The notes below the pieces were generated by a model. It was given only the letters and a program-made list of their open reading frames with translations, ran no database searches and was not told where the DNA came from. From Candidatus Limnocylindrales bacterium (lineage in GTDB: Bacteria > Chloroflexota > Limnocylindria > Limnocylindrales > CSP1-4): a DNA stretch of 64,000 bases. This document shows, in pieces, positions 14,838 to 24,850 of this stretch (position 1 is the stretch's first letter; each line of letters starts with the position of its first letter). The translations under genes and the position numbers were made by a program. Location: contig DATBLH010000011.1 in assembly GCA_036555445.1 (NCBI GenBank), positions 30,528-94,527 of the forward strand. The letters run 5' to 3'.

Positions 14838-16490
14838 CTACGAGGACGACGATTGGTCGTCCGTGAAATCGACGTCCAGCCTTGGGAACAACGGTTCCGC
14901 CGCGCCGAGCCTACCCGTTTCCGCCGCGTGAGCACCCCAGGCGAGCTCGTCGAGGAGCGGCGGTCCGCCGTTTCCGTCCTCGCCGTACGGGTAGTCGAAC
15001 CCGAGCTGCGCGAGCACCCGGGGGGCGGTGTTCGGCGTGAACGGTGCTGCCGCGAGGGCGATCAGCCGGCACGCCTCGAGGAGGTCGCCGAGGACGCCCT
15101 TCAATCGCTCCCCTGCCTCATCGTCGCCGGCCTTCCAGGCTTTCGCGAGCTCCCAGGGCTTCTCGAAGTCGACGAGCTGATTGGCGACACCCACGAACTG
15201 CCACAACGACGCCAACGCCTCGTGAAGGAGGAAGTCGTCCAGCTGCTTTCGGTAGGTGCCCAGCGCCTGCATCCAGCCCGAACGCACCGACCCTCCCTGG
15301 GATGGGGGCGGGCGCTCGCCGTCGAGATAGCGGTCGGCCATCGTCACCGACCGGTTGACGAGGTTCCCGAAGTCGTTCGCGAGATCGGCGTTGTATCGCC
15401 GCACGAACGAATCCCAGGACACGTCCGAGTCGCGATCGAAGGCAACCTCGCGGAGCATCACGTAGCGCGCCCCGTCCGTGCCGAGCGCCGCGACGACGTC
15501 GTTGGGATCGAGGAAGTTGCCGCGGCTCTTGCTCATCCGCTCGCCCTGGGCGAGCAGCCAGCCGTGGACCCAGACCTTGCGCGGGAGTGGCAGGCCGGCG
15601 CTCATCAGCATCGCCGGCCACATGATCGTGTGGAGGCGATTGATGTCCTTGCCGACGATGTGGACATCGACCGGCCACCACCTCCGGAAGCCGTCCTCGT
15701 CGTCTGGGAAGCCGGTCCCGGTGACGTAGTTGATCAGCGCATCGAACCAGACGTAGACGGTACCCGCCTCCGGGTCCCACGAGCCGTCCTCGCGTTGGGA
15801 CGTCTGGCCGTCCTCGCCGATCGGGAACGGGATCCCCCACCTCGCGTTCTGGCGCGACGCCGAGAAGTCCTCCAGGCCCTGGGCCATGAAGCCGAGCATC
15901 TCGTTCTTGCGGTACTCCGGCTGGACCCACTCCGGGTGGTCCGCATAGTGGCGCTCGAGCGGCTCCTGGTACTTCGACAGGCGGAAGAACCAGTTCCGCT
16001 CGGTCAGCCATTGGAGCTCGACGTTCGGGTGGTTCGCGCAGTGGGTGCCGGACGCATCCTCCACCAGCTGGGTCCTCGGGATGAACCCCTCGTTCGGGCA
16101 GTACCAGCCCTCGTAGTCGCCGAGGTAGAGGTCGCCGTTCGCATGGGCACGCCGGATGAACTCGTGGACCGCGCGTTGATGGTCCGGATCGGTGGTCCGG
16201 ATGAACCGGTCGGGCGCGATGCCGAGCGCGTCCTCGGCGCCCCGGAACAGCTCGACCATCTCGTCCACGAACGCCTTCGGCGTCTTGCCCTGCGCCTCGG
16301 CGGTCATCGCGATGTTCACCGAGTACTCATCCGTACCGGTCAGGAAGCGCGTGTCGTCGCCGAGCATCCGGTGCCAACGCGCGATCGCGTCCGCGGCCAC
16401 CACCTCGTACAGGGTGTGGAGACCGGGACGATTGTTGGCGTAGGCGATCGCCGTCGTCAGGTAGAAGCGGCGGCGCGGTTCGTCGGGCAT
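14838..16490 (-). CDS. metG: methionine--tRNA ligase
   Basis: 550 aa with class-I aaRS HIGH-region context and KMSKS (RMSKSRGN). Confidence 0.95.
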   Translation of the reverse strand: MPDEPRRRFYLTTAIAYANNRPGLHTLYEVVAADAIARWHRMLGDDTRFLTGTDEYSVNIAMTAEAQGKTPKAFVDEMVELFRGAEDALGIAPDRFIRTTDPDHQRAVHEFIRRAHANGDLYLGDYEGWYCPNEGFIPRTQLVEDASGTHCANHPNVELQWLTERNWFFRLSKYQEPLERHYADHPEWVQPEYRKNEMLGFMAQGLEDFSASRQNARWGIPFPIGEDGQTSQREDGSWDPEAGTVYVWFDALINYVTGTGFPDDEDGFRRWWPVDVHIVGKDINRLHTIMWPAMLMSAGLPLPRKVWVHGWLLAQGERMSKSRGNFLDPNDVVAALGTDGARYVMLREVAFDRDSDVSWDSFVRRYNADLANDFGNLVNRSVTMADRYLDGERPPPSQGGSVRSGWMQALGTYRKQLDDFLLHEALASLWQFVGVANQLVDFEKPWELAKAWKAGDDEAGERLKGVLGDLLEACRLIALAAAPFTPNTAPRVLAQLGFDYPYGEDGNGGPPLLDELAWGAHAAETGRLGAAEPLFPRLDVDFTDDQSSSS

Positions 16491-16544
16491 GGAGGCAGGT
16501 CCTGCTGGCGGGCGCTCAGGCGCCGAGGGGAGCGGGCATCACCT

Positions 16545-16564
16545 GAGACGGCGGCCGCCGCCTC
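16545..16564. terminator. GC-rich near-palindrome (gagacggcggccgccgcctc) between the end of the pur operon and the metG start
   Basis: Inverted repeat with one mismatch. It could terminate the pur operon. Confidence 0.2.
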
Positions 16565-16698
16565 AGCGGACCGCCGTCAGGTCCGGGCGAAGCGGGGCCG
16601 CCGGGGCATCGCCATCAGGCTCCCACGGCAGCTCACCGCGCGATGATGCGGGCGATCGCGCTGGTCGGTCAAGGCGGGCGCCGTCGACCGGGCGGCCG

Positions 16699-18942
16699 TC
16701 AATGCCGGAAGTGGCGGGTCCCGGTCACGAGCATCGCGGCGCCCGCCCGGTCGGCGGCGACCACGACCTCGGCGTCGCGCAGTGAGCCTCCCGGCTGGAC
16801 CACGGCGGTGATGCCGGCCGCGAACAACGCCTCGGGACCGTCCGAGAACGGGAAGAACGCATCGGACGCCGCGACCGCACCGTGAACGACGTCCTCGCCG
16901 TGGATCGCGCGCGCCTTGTCCACGGCCTGGCGACAGGCGTCGACGCGACTCGTTTGACCCGAGCCGAGCCCGATGAGCATCCCGTCGCGCACGAGGACGA
17001 TCGCATTCGACGTGACGCCCCGGACCAGCCGCCAAGCGAGCTCGAGGTCTCGACGCTCGGACTCGTCCGGCTCGCGGCGCGTCGGGCAGACCCAGCCGCT
17101 CGGATCATCATCGAGCCGATCCGTGGCCTGGACGAGGACGGCACCACCCGCCGTGCGGATCGACGCGACGAGGTCATCGGCGGTCGCCCCAGGAAGCGGC
17201 ATGCCCAGCCCATCGTCGACGACGAGGCGGAGGTTCGGCTTCGACCCGAGCACCTCGCGGGCCTCGACATCGAAGCCGGGCGCGACGACGACCTCGAGGA
17301 ACAGCTCCGTGAGCGCTTCCGCAACGGCGTGGTCGACGACGTCGGTCAGTGCCACGACCCCACCGAAGGCCGACACCGGGTCCCCAGCGAGCGCTGCTCG
17401 CCAGGCCTCGAGGAGGTTCGGGCGCTCGGCGGCGCCACACGCGTTCGTGTGCTTGACGACGACAGCGGCGGGACCCCGCAGGAGCCGCGCGACCGAGGCC
17501 GCGGCCGAGGCGTCGAGGACGTTGTTGTAGCTGAGCGGCTTCCCCTGCAGCGGCGGCAGCCCGGAGGCGAATGGACCGTCGGCCGCGCCCGCCTCTCGGT
17601 CCACCCGTCGATAGCGGGCGGCGGCCTGATGCGGGTTCTCGCCATAGCGGAGCGCGTCGACCTTCTCCAGCGGCAGCACCAGGACGGGTGGATAGGGATC
17701 CTCGGAGCCGGGCAGGCCGGCCGCCGCGGGCAGCTCGATCCCGTCGCGGCACATCCGGCGAGGCAGCTCGGCGGCGATCCGGGCGTCGTAGGCCGCGGTG
17801 TGCCGGAACGCCTCCACCGCGAGCGCGGCCCGCAGCGGATCGGGAACGCGGTCTCCGGCACGGAGCGTCGCGAGGACGTCGTCGTATCGATCGGGCGAGG
17901 TCACGATCGTCACGCCACCGCGATGATTCTTGGCGGCCGCCCGGACCAGCGACGGGCCGCCGATGTCGATCTCCTCGACCAGGTCGTCGTACCGGAGTTC
18001 CGGCTTGGCCGCCGCTTCGCGGAATGGGTACAGGTTGACCACGACGACCTCGAACCGGTCGATCCCGGCCACCTGGAGGGCCTCCCGGTGTTCCCGTCGG
18101 CGGCCGTCCGCGAGGATCCCGCCGTGGATCCGCGGGTGGAGCGTCTTCACCCGTCCGTCGAGCATTTCGGGGACGCCGGTGATCGCCTCGACGTCGGTCA
18201 CCAGCAATCCCGCGTCGCGGAGCGCCCTCGCCGTCCCGCCGGTCGACACGAGCTCGAACCCGAGCTCGACCAGTCCGTCGGCGAATGCCACCAACCGATC
18301 CTTGTCGGAGACCGAGAGGAGCGCCCGTCGGCGCGGCCGAAGGGCGGTATCCGCCCGGGCCGGGTCGAGGCGAACCTGGCCGGTCGCCGTGTCCATGCCG
18401 ATGGCGCCGGCGAGGAGGAGGGCGACGGCACGCGGCAGGAGCCGATGCTCGACCGACTTGATCCTCGCGTGAAGGCTCGCCTCCGTGTCGTCCGGGAGCA
18501 CGGCCACGGCCTCCTGGAGCAGGATCGGCCCGCCATCGAGCGTGTCGTCGACGAGATGGACCGTTGCACCGGTCACGACGGCTCCACGCGCCAGCGCGTC
18601 GCGCACCGCGTGGGCACCCGGGAAGGCTGGCAGGAGCGACGGGTGGGTATTGACGATCCGCTGCGGGTACGCGGACGTGACATCCGGCCCGAGGAACCGC
18701 ATGTAGCCGGCAAGGACCACCAGATCGACGCTGGCGTCGGCCAGCGCGGTCAGGATCGCGGCATCGTCCTGGGTGACGGAAGCCGGGATGCCCTTCGCGG
18801 CGGCGCGATCGAGTGCCGGGCACGCTCGATCCGCGAACACCTGCACGATCCGGCCCCCCAGCTCATCCCGGGCCGCCGCGACGAGGAGGGCTTCGAGATT
18901 GGTGCCGGTCCCGGAGACCCCAACCGCGATCCGCGCGGTCAC
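16699..18942 (-). CDS. purH: in-frame fusion of phosphoribosylglycinamide formyltransferase (PurN, aa 1 to about 183) and AICAR transformylase/IMP cyclohydrolase (PurH, from about aa 207 to the end)
   Basis: Single 747-aa ORF. The PurN part carries NTHPSLLPAFPG and DDTLDGGPI. After a linker of about 25 aa, the PurH part begins RALLSVSDKDRLVAFADGLVELGFELVSTGGTARAL. GTGA overlap with the purM stop. Confidence 0.85.
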   Translation of the reverse strand: MTARIAVGVSGTGTNLEALLVAAARDELGGRIVQVFADRACPALDRAAAKGIPASVTQDDAAILTALADASVDLVVLAGYMRFLGPDVTSAYPQRIVNTHPSLLPAFPGAHAVRDALARGAVVTGATVHLVDDTLDGGPILLQEAVAVLPDDTEASLHARIKSVEHRLLPRAVALLLAGAIGMDTATGQVRLDPARADTALRPRRRALLSVSDKDRLVAFADGLVELGFELVSTGGTARALRDAGLLVTDVEAITGVPEMLDGRVKTLHPRIHGGILADGRRREHREALQVAGIDRFEVVVVNLYPFREAAAKPELRYDDLVEEIDIGGPSLVRAAAKNHRGGVTIVTSPDRYDDVLATLRAGDRVPDPLRAALAVEAFRHTAAYDARIAAELPRRMCRDGIELPAAAGLPGSEDPYPPVLVLPLEKVDALRYGENPHQAAARYRRVDREAGAADGPFASGLPPLQGKPLSYNNVLDASAAASVARLLRGPAAVVVKHTNACGAAERPNLLEAWRAALAGDPVSAFGGVVALTDVVDHAVAEALTELFLEVVVAPGFDVEAREVLGSKPNLRLVVDDGLGMPLPGATADDLVASIRTAGGAVLVQATDRLDDDPSGWVCPTRREPDESERRDLELAWRLVRGVTSNAIVLVRDGMLIGLGSGQTSRVDACRQAVDKARAIHGEDVVHGAVAASDAFFPFSDGPEALFAAGITAVVQPGGSLRDAEVVVAADRAGAAMLVTGTRHFRH

Positions 18943-20066
18943 GCCCGAGCCACTTCGACATACCGGCGGCCGTCGACCTGGTCGAGCGGCACCACCTCAC
19001 CGACCTGCCATGCGCGGATCCCCTCGTCCCCGAGCACCGCGACGCTCAGCCCCACGGCCGCGGCGGGGACCACGACCACCATCCCCAGACCGCCGTTGAA
19101 CGTTGCTCGCAGCTCGTCCTCCTCCAGGCCACCCAGGGCCCCGATGAGGCGAAGGACCGACGGGACGGGCCAGCTCCGGGGATCGAGACGGGCTCCGAGG
19201 GTCTCGGGCAGGGCCCGTGGGATGTTCCCCGGGAGGCCGCCACCGGTCACATGAGCGATCCCGCTGAGGGCGGTCCCGGCGGCCTCCAGCCGATCGCGCA
19301 GATGGAGCACCGGCCGCGCATAGATCCGGGTCGGCGTGAGGAGCACCTCGCCAAGGGTTGCCATCGCGTGAGCGGGTTCGGCGTCTACCGACGACGCGGC
19401 GGCTTCCTCCCCCATCGTCCGGCGCAGTTGCGCCTGGTATGGCGTGGCGAGATCGAGGTCCCACTCCGCGAGGAGCGCGCGCACGAGCGAGAACCCGTTC
19501 GCATGAAGGCCGGACGCCTCGAGCCCGACGATCGCATCGCCGGCCGCGACCCGTGAGCCATCCAGGAGCTCGGACCGCTCGACGACGCCGACACAGGTAC
19601 CGGCCAGGTCGAAGCTCGCGGCGTCGATCAGCCCGGGGTGCTCCGCCGTCTCGCCGCCAACGAGGGCGCAGCCGGCCTCGCGACAACCGGCTGCAATCCC
19701 CTCGACCAGCTCGGCGACCCCACCCGGCTCGATCCGACCCACGGCCACGTAGTCGAGGAACGCCAGCGGCTCGGCGCCGGCACACACGACGTCGTCCGCG
19801 CACATGGCCACCAGGTCACGTCCGATGGTGTCGAATCGGCCGAGCGCACTGGCGATCGCGGTCTTCGTTCCAACGCCGTCGGTGGCGGCGACGAGGACCG
19901 GCTCGCGGTAGCCCGCGGGAAGGCCGATCGCGCCGGCGAAGCCGCCGAGCCCACCGATCGATTCCGGGCGCCGCGTTCCCTCGACCACGCTCCGGATGAG
20001 GTCCACCGCACGCTCACCGGCCGCGACGTCGACGCCGGCAGCGGTGTACGCCCGTCGCGCGCTCAT
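18939..20066 (-). CDS. purM: phosphoribosylformylglycinamidine cyclo-ligase (AIR synthetase)
   Basis: ORF 18939..20747 trimmed to MSARRAYTAAGVDVAAGE... (375 aa). ATGA overlap with the purF stop. Confidence 0.9.
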   Translation of the reverse strand: MSARRAYTAAGVDVAAGERAVDLIRSVVEGTRRPESIGGLGGFAGAIGLPAGYREPVLVAATDGVGTKTAIASALGRFDTIGRDLVAMCADDVVCAGAEPLAFLDYVAVGRIEPGGVAELVEGIAAGCREAGCALVGGETAEHPGLIDAASFDLAGTCVGVVERSELLDGSRVAAGDAIVGLEASGLHANGFSLVRALLAEWDLDLATPYQAQLRRTMGEEAAASSVDAEPAHAMATLGEVLLTPTRIYARPVLHLRDRLEAAGTALSGIAHVTGGGLPGNIPRALPETLGARLDPRSWPVPSVLRLIGALGGLEEDELRATFNGGLGMVVVVPAAAVGLSVAVLGDEGIRAWQVGEVVPLDQVDGRRYVEVARA

Positions 20067-21517
20067 GCGCGGACCGGCTCCTCCAGGACGAACTTGCGGT
20101 GGTTGGCGTCGTAGGGCACCGGCTCCGGGTACGTGCCGTCGAAGCACGCGAAGCAGAACCGGTCGTACGGCAGGTCGATGGCGGCAAGCACGCCCCGGAT
20201 GGACAGGTAGCCGAGCGTGTCCGCGCCCACGAACTCGCGGATCTCGTCGACCGAGTGGCTGGCCGCGATGAGCTCCGTCTCGACCTGGGTGTCGATGCCG
20301 TAGAAGCACGGGTGGTGGATCGGCGGTGCGCTGATCCGGACGTGAACCTCGCGGGCACCGGCTGTCCGCAGGAGCTCGACGATCCGCTTCGTCGTCGTTC
20401 CCCGGACGATCGAGTCGTCGACCACGACCAGGCGACGGTCGCGGACGACCTCGCGCAGCGGATTCAGCTTGATCGTGACACCCCGCTGTCGGAGCAGCTG
20501 CGACGGCTGGATGAACGTCCGGCCGGTGTACCGGTTGCGCACGAGACCCTCGCGATACGGCAGCCCCGATTCCTCCGCGTAACCGGCCGCCGCCGGCGCG
20601 CCGGTGTCCGGGACGGGCATCACGAGGTCGGCGTCGGTGGGGTGCTCGCGTGCGAGCTCGATCCCCATCTTGCGGCGGGCCTCGTAGAGGTTGCGCCCTT
20701 CCATGTACGAGTCCGGTCGGGCGAAGTAGATGAGCTCGAACACGCACGAAGCCGGACTCGCGTCCGCGAAGCGCACCGAGCGCGGTGGGAGCCCCGGTTC
20801 GAGCACCACGATCTCGCCCGGTTCCACGTCCCGGACATACTCGGCGCCCACGATGTCAAGCCCCGCGGTCTCCGATGACAGGACCCAGCCGTACGACGCG
20901 TCGCCGGACCAGAGGCCGCCCCCGGCCCCGTCGCCGACCTGGTCGAGGGGGAGCCGCCCGAGGACGAGCGGTCGGAACCCGAACGGGTCGCGAACGCCGA
21001 TCGCTCTCCGCTCGTCGAGGATCACCAGCGTGTAGGCGCCCCGGACCCGTGGCAGCACCCGCTGGAGCGCCTCGACGGTATCGGCGGCCGGCTCGTCGGC
21101 GAGGAGCGCCGTCAGCAGCTCGGTGTCCGTTGTTGCCGGCAGTCGCGTCCGTCCGCCGCGCAGCTGTTCGAGGAGCTCGCGGGTGTTGACCAGGTTCCCG
21201 TTGTGCCCGATCGCAATCGACCGCCGGGGTCCGATCCGGTAGGTCGGCTGAGCGTTCTCCCAGACCGTGCTCCCGGTCGTCGAGTAGCGGCAGTGGGCGA
21301 TCGCGAGGTCGCCGCGGAGCGAGGGCAGCCGGCGTTCGTCGAGCACCGACGAGATCAGCCCGAGATCCTTGTACAACATCAGCTGCTGGCCGTCCGAGAC
21401 GGCGACCCCCGCCGACTCCTGGCCGCGGTGCTGGAGCGCGAACAGCCCGAGCGTGGCGACCGACGCCGCGACCTCACCGGATCCGGGCGGGAGAACGGCC
21501 CCGAAGACCCCGCACAT
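20063..21517 (-). CDS. purF: amidophosphoribosyltransferase
   Basis: 484 aa. MCGVFGAV (Cys1 nucleophile) and a PRTase domain. Confidence 0.95.
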   Translation of the reverse strand: MCGVFGAVLPPGSGEVAASVATLGLFALQHRGQESAGVAVSDGQQLMLYKDLGLISSVLDERRLPSLRGDLAIAHCRYSTTGSTVWENAQPTYRIGPRRSIAIGHNGNLVNTRELLEQLRGGRTRLPATTDTELLTALLADEPAADTVEALQRVLPRVRGAYTLVILDERRAIGVRDPFGFRPLVLGRLPLDQVGDGAGGGLWSGDASYGWVLSSETAGLDIVGAEYVRDVEPGEIVVLEPGLPPRSVRFADASPASCVFELIYFARPDSYMEGRNLYEARRKMGIELAREHPTDADLVMPVPDTGAPAAAGYAEESGLPYREGLVRNRYTGRTFIQPSQLLRQRGVTIKLNPLREVVRDRRLVVVDDSIVRGTTTKRIVELLRTAGAREVHVRISAPPIHHPCFYGIDTQVETELIAASHSVDEIREFVGADTLGYLSIRGVLAAIDLPYDRFCFACFDGTYPEPVPYDANHRKFVLEEPVRA

Positions 21518-23838
21518 CAGGACGCCACCGTGTCGGCCGGGTCGGGGTCCCAGCCGAGCGCGCGGCCGAGGCCGTGATCCCAGGCGTGCTCCAGCTCTGC
21601 CAATGGGACGTCGACCGCGTCGGCGACCCGGCTTCCCCGTTCCTCCGCGGCGCCTGCGGCTCCGGCGCCGGTCAGCTCGATCACCAGCCGATCGCCGCCC
21701 ACGATCCCCAGCTCACCCACCGGCAGGCCGTGGCGGCGGGCGAGGCGTTCGATCCCGGGCCCATTCGCCGGCGCACAGCTGAGGACGATCCGCGACGGAC
21801 TCTCCCCGAACAGGTCGACCGCCGGCGAGCTCGCCACCGGGAGCCGGAGCCTGGCACCTCGACCTCCGAGGATCGCGGACTCCGAGATCGCGACGGCGAG
21901 GCCACCCGCGGACACGTCCTGGCAGGAAGCGACCAGGCCTTCGCCGATGGCATCCACGATGAACCGCTGGGTCGCAGCCTCTCGCTCGAGATCGATCGAC
22001 GGAGGACCGTCCTCCGCGGCCAGGCCGGCGACGCGCGTGTACTCGCTGCCGGCAAGGCCCGGTGTGGCGGCGCCGACGAGCAGGACGACATCGCCGTCGG
22101 TGCGGAATCCCGGACGCACGTGGCTCGCGGCATCTTCGAGCAGGCCGACCACGCCGATCTCGGGGGTCGGAGCGATCCTGCCGGCCGGCGACTCGTTGTA
22201 CAGCGAGACATTGCCACCGGTCACCGGCAACCCCAGCGCCCGGCACGCATCGCCGATTCCCCGGACCGCCTCGCCCAGTTGCCAGAAGGCGTCCGGCCGC
22301 GTCGGGTCGCCGTAGTTGAGGCAGTTGGTCACGCCCAGCGGCCGGGCGCCGGTGATGGCGACGTTTCGCGCCGCCTCGGCCACCGACAGCACCGCCCCCA
22401 GCCAGGGATCGAGCGACCCGACGGCCTCGTTGGCGTCCGTGGACGCCACGACCGCCCGCGTCGTCCCAGGGATCCGGACCACCGCGGCGCCACCGGTCGC
22501 GGGACCGGCCACGGTGGACGCTCCGACCGTCGAGTCGTACTGCTCGTAGACGCGCCGTCGCGACGCGAGATTCGGGGATCCGACGAGCGCCAGGAGCACG
22601 GCTCCGGGGTCCATTCCCCGCTCCGGGAGACCGTCGGAGGCGGTCTCCGGGGCACCCGGCGCCGGTGCCGCCCGTCGACGCGGCAGCCGGGCCGCGATTC
22701 GCGAGTGCACGATCGCGTCAGAGGTCAACGCCGCCGCCGGCACCCGGGCGAGCTCGCGCCCCTCGGAGATGACGGTGAGGTCGGCATCGTCGGTCACCCG
22801 GCCGATCACCGCGCACGGAATGCCCCACCGCTCGCAGACGGCCTCGACCTGCTCCAGCCGGTCGGGTCGCACGATCGCGATCATCCGTTCCTGCGACTCC
22901 GAGATCATCACCTCGAACGGCTCCATCCCCGGCTCTCGCCGGGGCACCGCGTCGAGGTCGACCGCGATCCCCGTCCCGGCGCGGTCGGCGGTCTCGGAGG
23001 TGCCACAGGTGATCCCGCCGGCACCGAGGTCCTGGAGGCCTTCCACCAGCCGCTGTCCGATCAGCTCGAGGGACGCCTCGATCAGCAGCTTCTCGGCGAA
23101 CGGATCGCCGACCTGGACGGACGGCCGCTTCGATGGGTCGTGATCGGCGAAGGTCGCGCTGGCGAGGACGGATGCTCCGCCGATCCCGTCTCGTCCCGTA
23201 GCCGAGCCGAACAGGACGACGACGTTCCCGGGACCGGGCGCCACCGCACGCGTGAGCGACGCCTCATCGAGCACCCCGATGCACAGGACGTTGACGAGCG
23301 GGTTTCCCGCATAGCTCGGGTCGAACACGAGCTCGCCACCGACCGTGGGGACGCCGACGCAGTTGCCGTACCCGCCAACGCCCCGGACGACCCCGTCGAC
23401 GAGATGACGGGTCCGGGCGGAGCCCGGCTCGCCGAACCGGAGCGCGTCCAGCACGGCGATCGGTCGAGCGCCCATGGCGACGATGTCGCGCAGGATGCCG
23501 CCAACCCCGGTGGCCGCTCCCTGGTACGGCTCGACCGCCGACGGATGGTTATGGGACTCGATCTTGAACGCGACCGCCAGTCCGTCCCCGATACGAACGA
23601 CCCCCGCGTTCTCGCCGGGGCCGGCCACCACCCCCTTGCCGGCCGTGGGCAGGGTCCGGAGCAACGGCCGCGAGCTCTTGTAACTGCAGTGCTCGGACCA
23701 CATCACGCCGAACATCGCGAGCTCGAGGTCGTTCGGATCCCGCCCGAGCCGATCCCGGATCTCGGCCAGCTCCTCGTCGGTGAGACCCAGCGCCCGGTGG
23801 AGCGGCTCGGCGATCGTCGGCGGTTCCGCCAGGGTCAT
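21517..23838 (-). CDS. purL: phosphoribosylformylglycinamidine synthase II (large subunit)
   Basis: 773 aa: ...FGVMWSEHCSYKSS... Confidence 0.95.
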   Translation of the reverse strand: MTLAEPPTIAEPLHRALGLTDEELAEIRDRLGRDPNDLELAMFGVMWSEHCSYKSSRPLLRTLPTAGKGVVAGPGENAGVVRIGDGLAVAFKIESHNHPSAVEPYQGAATGVGGILRDIVAMGARPIAVLDALRFGEPGSARTRHLVDGVVRGVGGYGNCVGVPTVGGELVFDPSYAGNPLVNVLCIGVLDEASLTRAVAPGPGNVVVLFGSATGRDGIGGASVLASATFADHDPSKRPSVQVGDPFAEKLLIEASLELIGQRLVEGLQDLGAGGITCGTSETADRAGTGIAVDLDAVPRREPGMEPFEVMISESQERMIAIVRPDRLEQVEAVCERWGIPCAVIGRVTDDADLTVISEGRELARVPAAALTSDAIVHSRIAARLPRRRAAPAPGAPETASDGLPERGMDPGAVLLALVGSPNLASRRRVYEQYDSTVGASTVAGPATGGAAVVRIPGTTRAVVASTDANEAVGSLDPWLGAVLSVAEAARNVAITGARPLGVTNCLNYGDPTRPDAFWQLGEAVRGIGDACRALGLPVTGGNVSLYNESPAGRIAPTPEIGVVGLLEDAASHVRPGFRTDGDVVLLVGAATPGLAGSEYTRVAGLAAEDGPPSIDLEREAATQRFIVDAIGEGLVASCQDVSAGGLAVAISESAILGGRGARLRLPVASSPAVDLFGESPSRIVLSCAPANGPGIERLARRHGLPVGELGIVGGDRLVIELTGAGAAGAAEERGSRVADAVDVPLAELEHAWDHGLGRALGWDPDPADTVAS

Positions 23839-24578
23839 GCCTCCACCGCCACGGGCTGCCAGGTAGCGGCCGCGGCTCGTGCCGACTCGACCAGTGACCG
23901 GATCAGGAGAAGCCCGTCGTCCGAGCCGAGGATCGCCTCCGATGCCCGCTCGGGGTGGGGCATCAGCCCGGCCACGTTGCCGGCCGCATTTGTGACGCCG
24001 GCGATCGCCCGCAGCGAACCGTTCGGGTTCGCCGGGTCATCCGGGCGGGTGGCCGGCGAGCCGTCGGGTCGGACATAGCGGAACAGCACCTGGCCGGCCG
24101 CCTCGAGCGCTTCGAGCGTGGGTTCGTCGGCGTAGTAGCAGCCCTCGCCGTGGGCCACCGGCATCCGGAGCCCCCGGCGATCCGGACACGCCGTCGTGAA
24201 CGGGCTGTCCAGGCGTTCCGGCGCGACGAGGACGTCGCGCGAAGCGAACCGGAGGGTTGCGTTGCGGAGGAGGGCACCGGGCACGAGACCGGCCTCCGCG
24301 AGGACCTGGAACCCGTTGCAGATGCCGAGGACGAGGCCGCCCTCGGCGGCGAACGCGGCGACGGAACGCATCACCGGGCTGAAGCGCGCGATCACCCCGG
24401 CCCTCAGGTAGTCGCCGTAGGCGAAGCCGCCGGGGAGGACGACCGCGGCCGCGCCCTCGAGCGAGACCTCCTCGTGCCACAGCTCCACCGCTTCCGCGCC
24501 CGCGAGCTCGATCGCGCGGAGCGTGTCGCGGTCGCAGTTCGAGCCCGGGAACACCACGACACCGATGCGGACCGTCAT
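23835..24578 (-). CDS. purQ: FGAM synthase I, glutamine amidotransferase subunit
   Basis: 247 aa: MTVRIGVVVFPGSNCDRD... Confidence 0.95.
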   Translation of the reverse strand: MTVRIGVVVFPGSNCDRDTLRAIELAGAEAVELWHEEVSLEGAAAVVLPGGFAYGDYLRAGVIARFSPVMRSVAAFAAEGGLVLGICNGFQVLAEAGLVPGALLRNATLRFASRDVLVAPERLDSPFTTACPDRRGLRMPVAHGEGCYYADEPTLEALEAAGQVLFRYVRPDGSPATRPDDPANPNGSLRAIAGVTNAAGNVAGLMPHPERASEAILGSDDGLLLIRSLVESARAAAATWQPVAVEA

Positions 24579-24850
24579 CGCCCGAGCTCCACCGGTCCGT
24601 CTTCGAGCGACTCGACGGCATGCCGCTCGATCAACGGGTTGGAGAACAGCTCCTGCGCGAGTCGCTCGACGATCGCCTCGGCCGCCGAGCGGTCCGCAGC
24701 CGCAACCGTGAGCTCCACGCGCCGCCCGACGCGCACCGCCGAGACGCCTTCGATCCCGAGATGGCCGAGGCTTCCCTCCACGGCCCGACCCTGGGGGTCG
24801 AGGATCCCGGGCTTGGGCAGGACGTTGACGGCGAACCGGTAGTCGCTCAT
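24575..24850 (-). CDS. purS: FGAM synthase PurS subunit
   Basis: 91 aa: MSDYRFAVNVLPKPGILDPQG. Confidence 0.9.
   Translation of the reverse strand: MSDYRFAVNVLPKPGILDPQGRAVEGSLGHLGIEGVSAVRVGRRVELTVAAADRSAAEAIVERLAQELFSNPLIERHAVESLEDGPVELGR

Noticed and set aside
16491-16698. T-box leader upstream of metG
   Set aside because: No AGGGTGGNACCGCG T-box sequence or specifier-loop architecture is visible in the 208-nt intergenic region.
18939-20747. Long N-terminal extensions in track ORFs: purM 602 aa, purD 674 aa, purC 408 aa, GGDEF/HD-GYP protein 1050 aa, SBP 876 aa, CaCA antiporter 565 aa, rsmI 380 aa.
   Set aside because: The upstream parts overlap the preceding gene in another frame, are Arg-rich, and precede the conserved N-termini. 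Each was trimmed to the conserved start, which in most cases forms an ATGA/GTGA overlap with the upstream stop.
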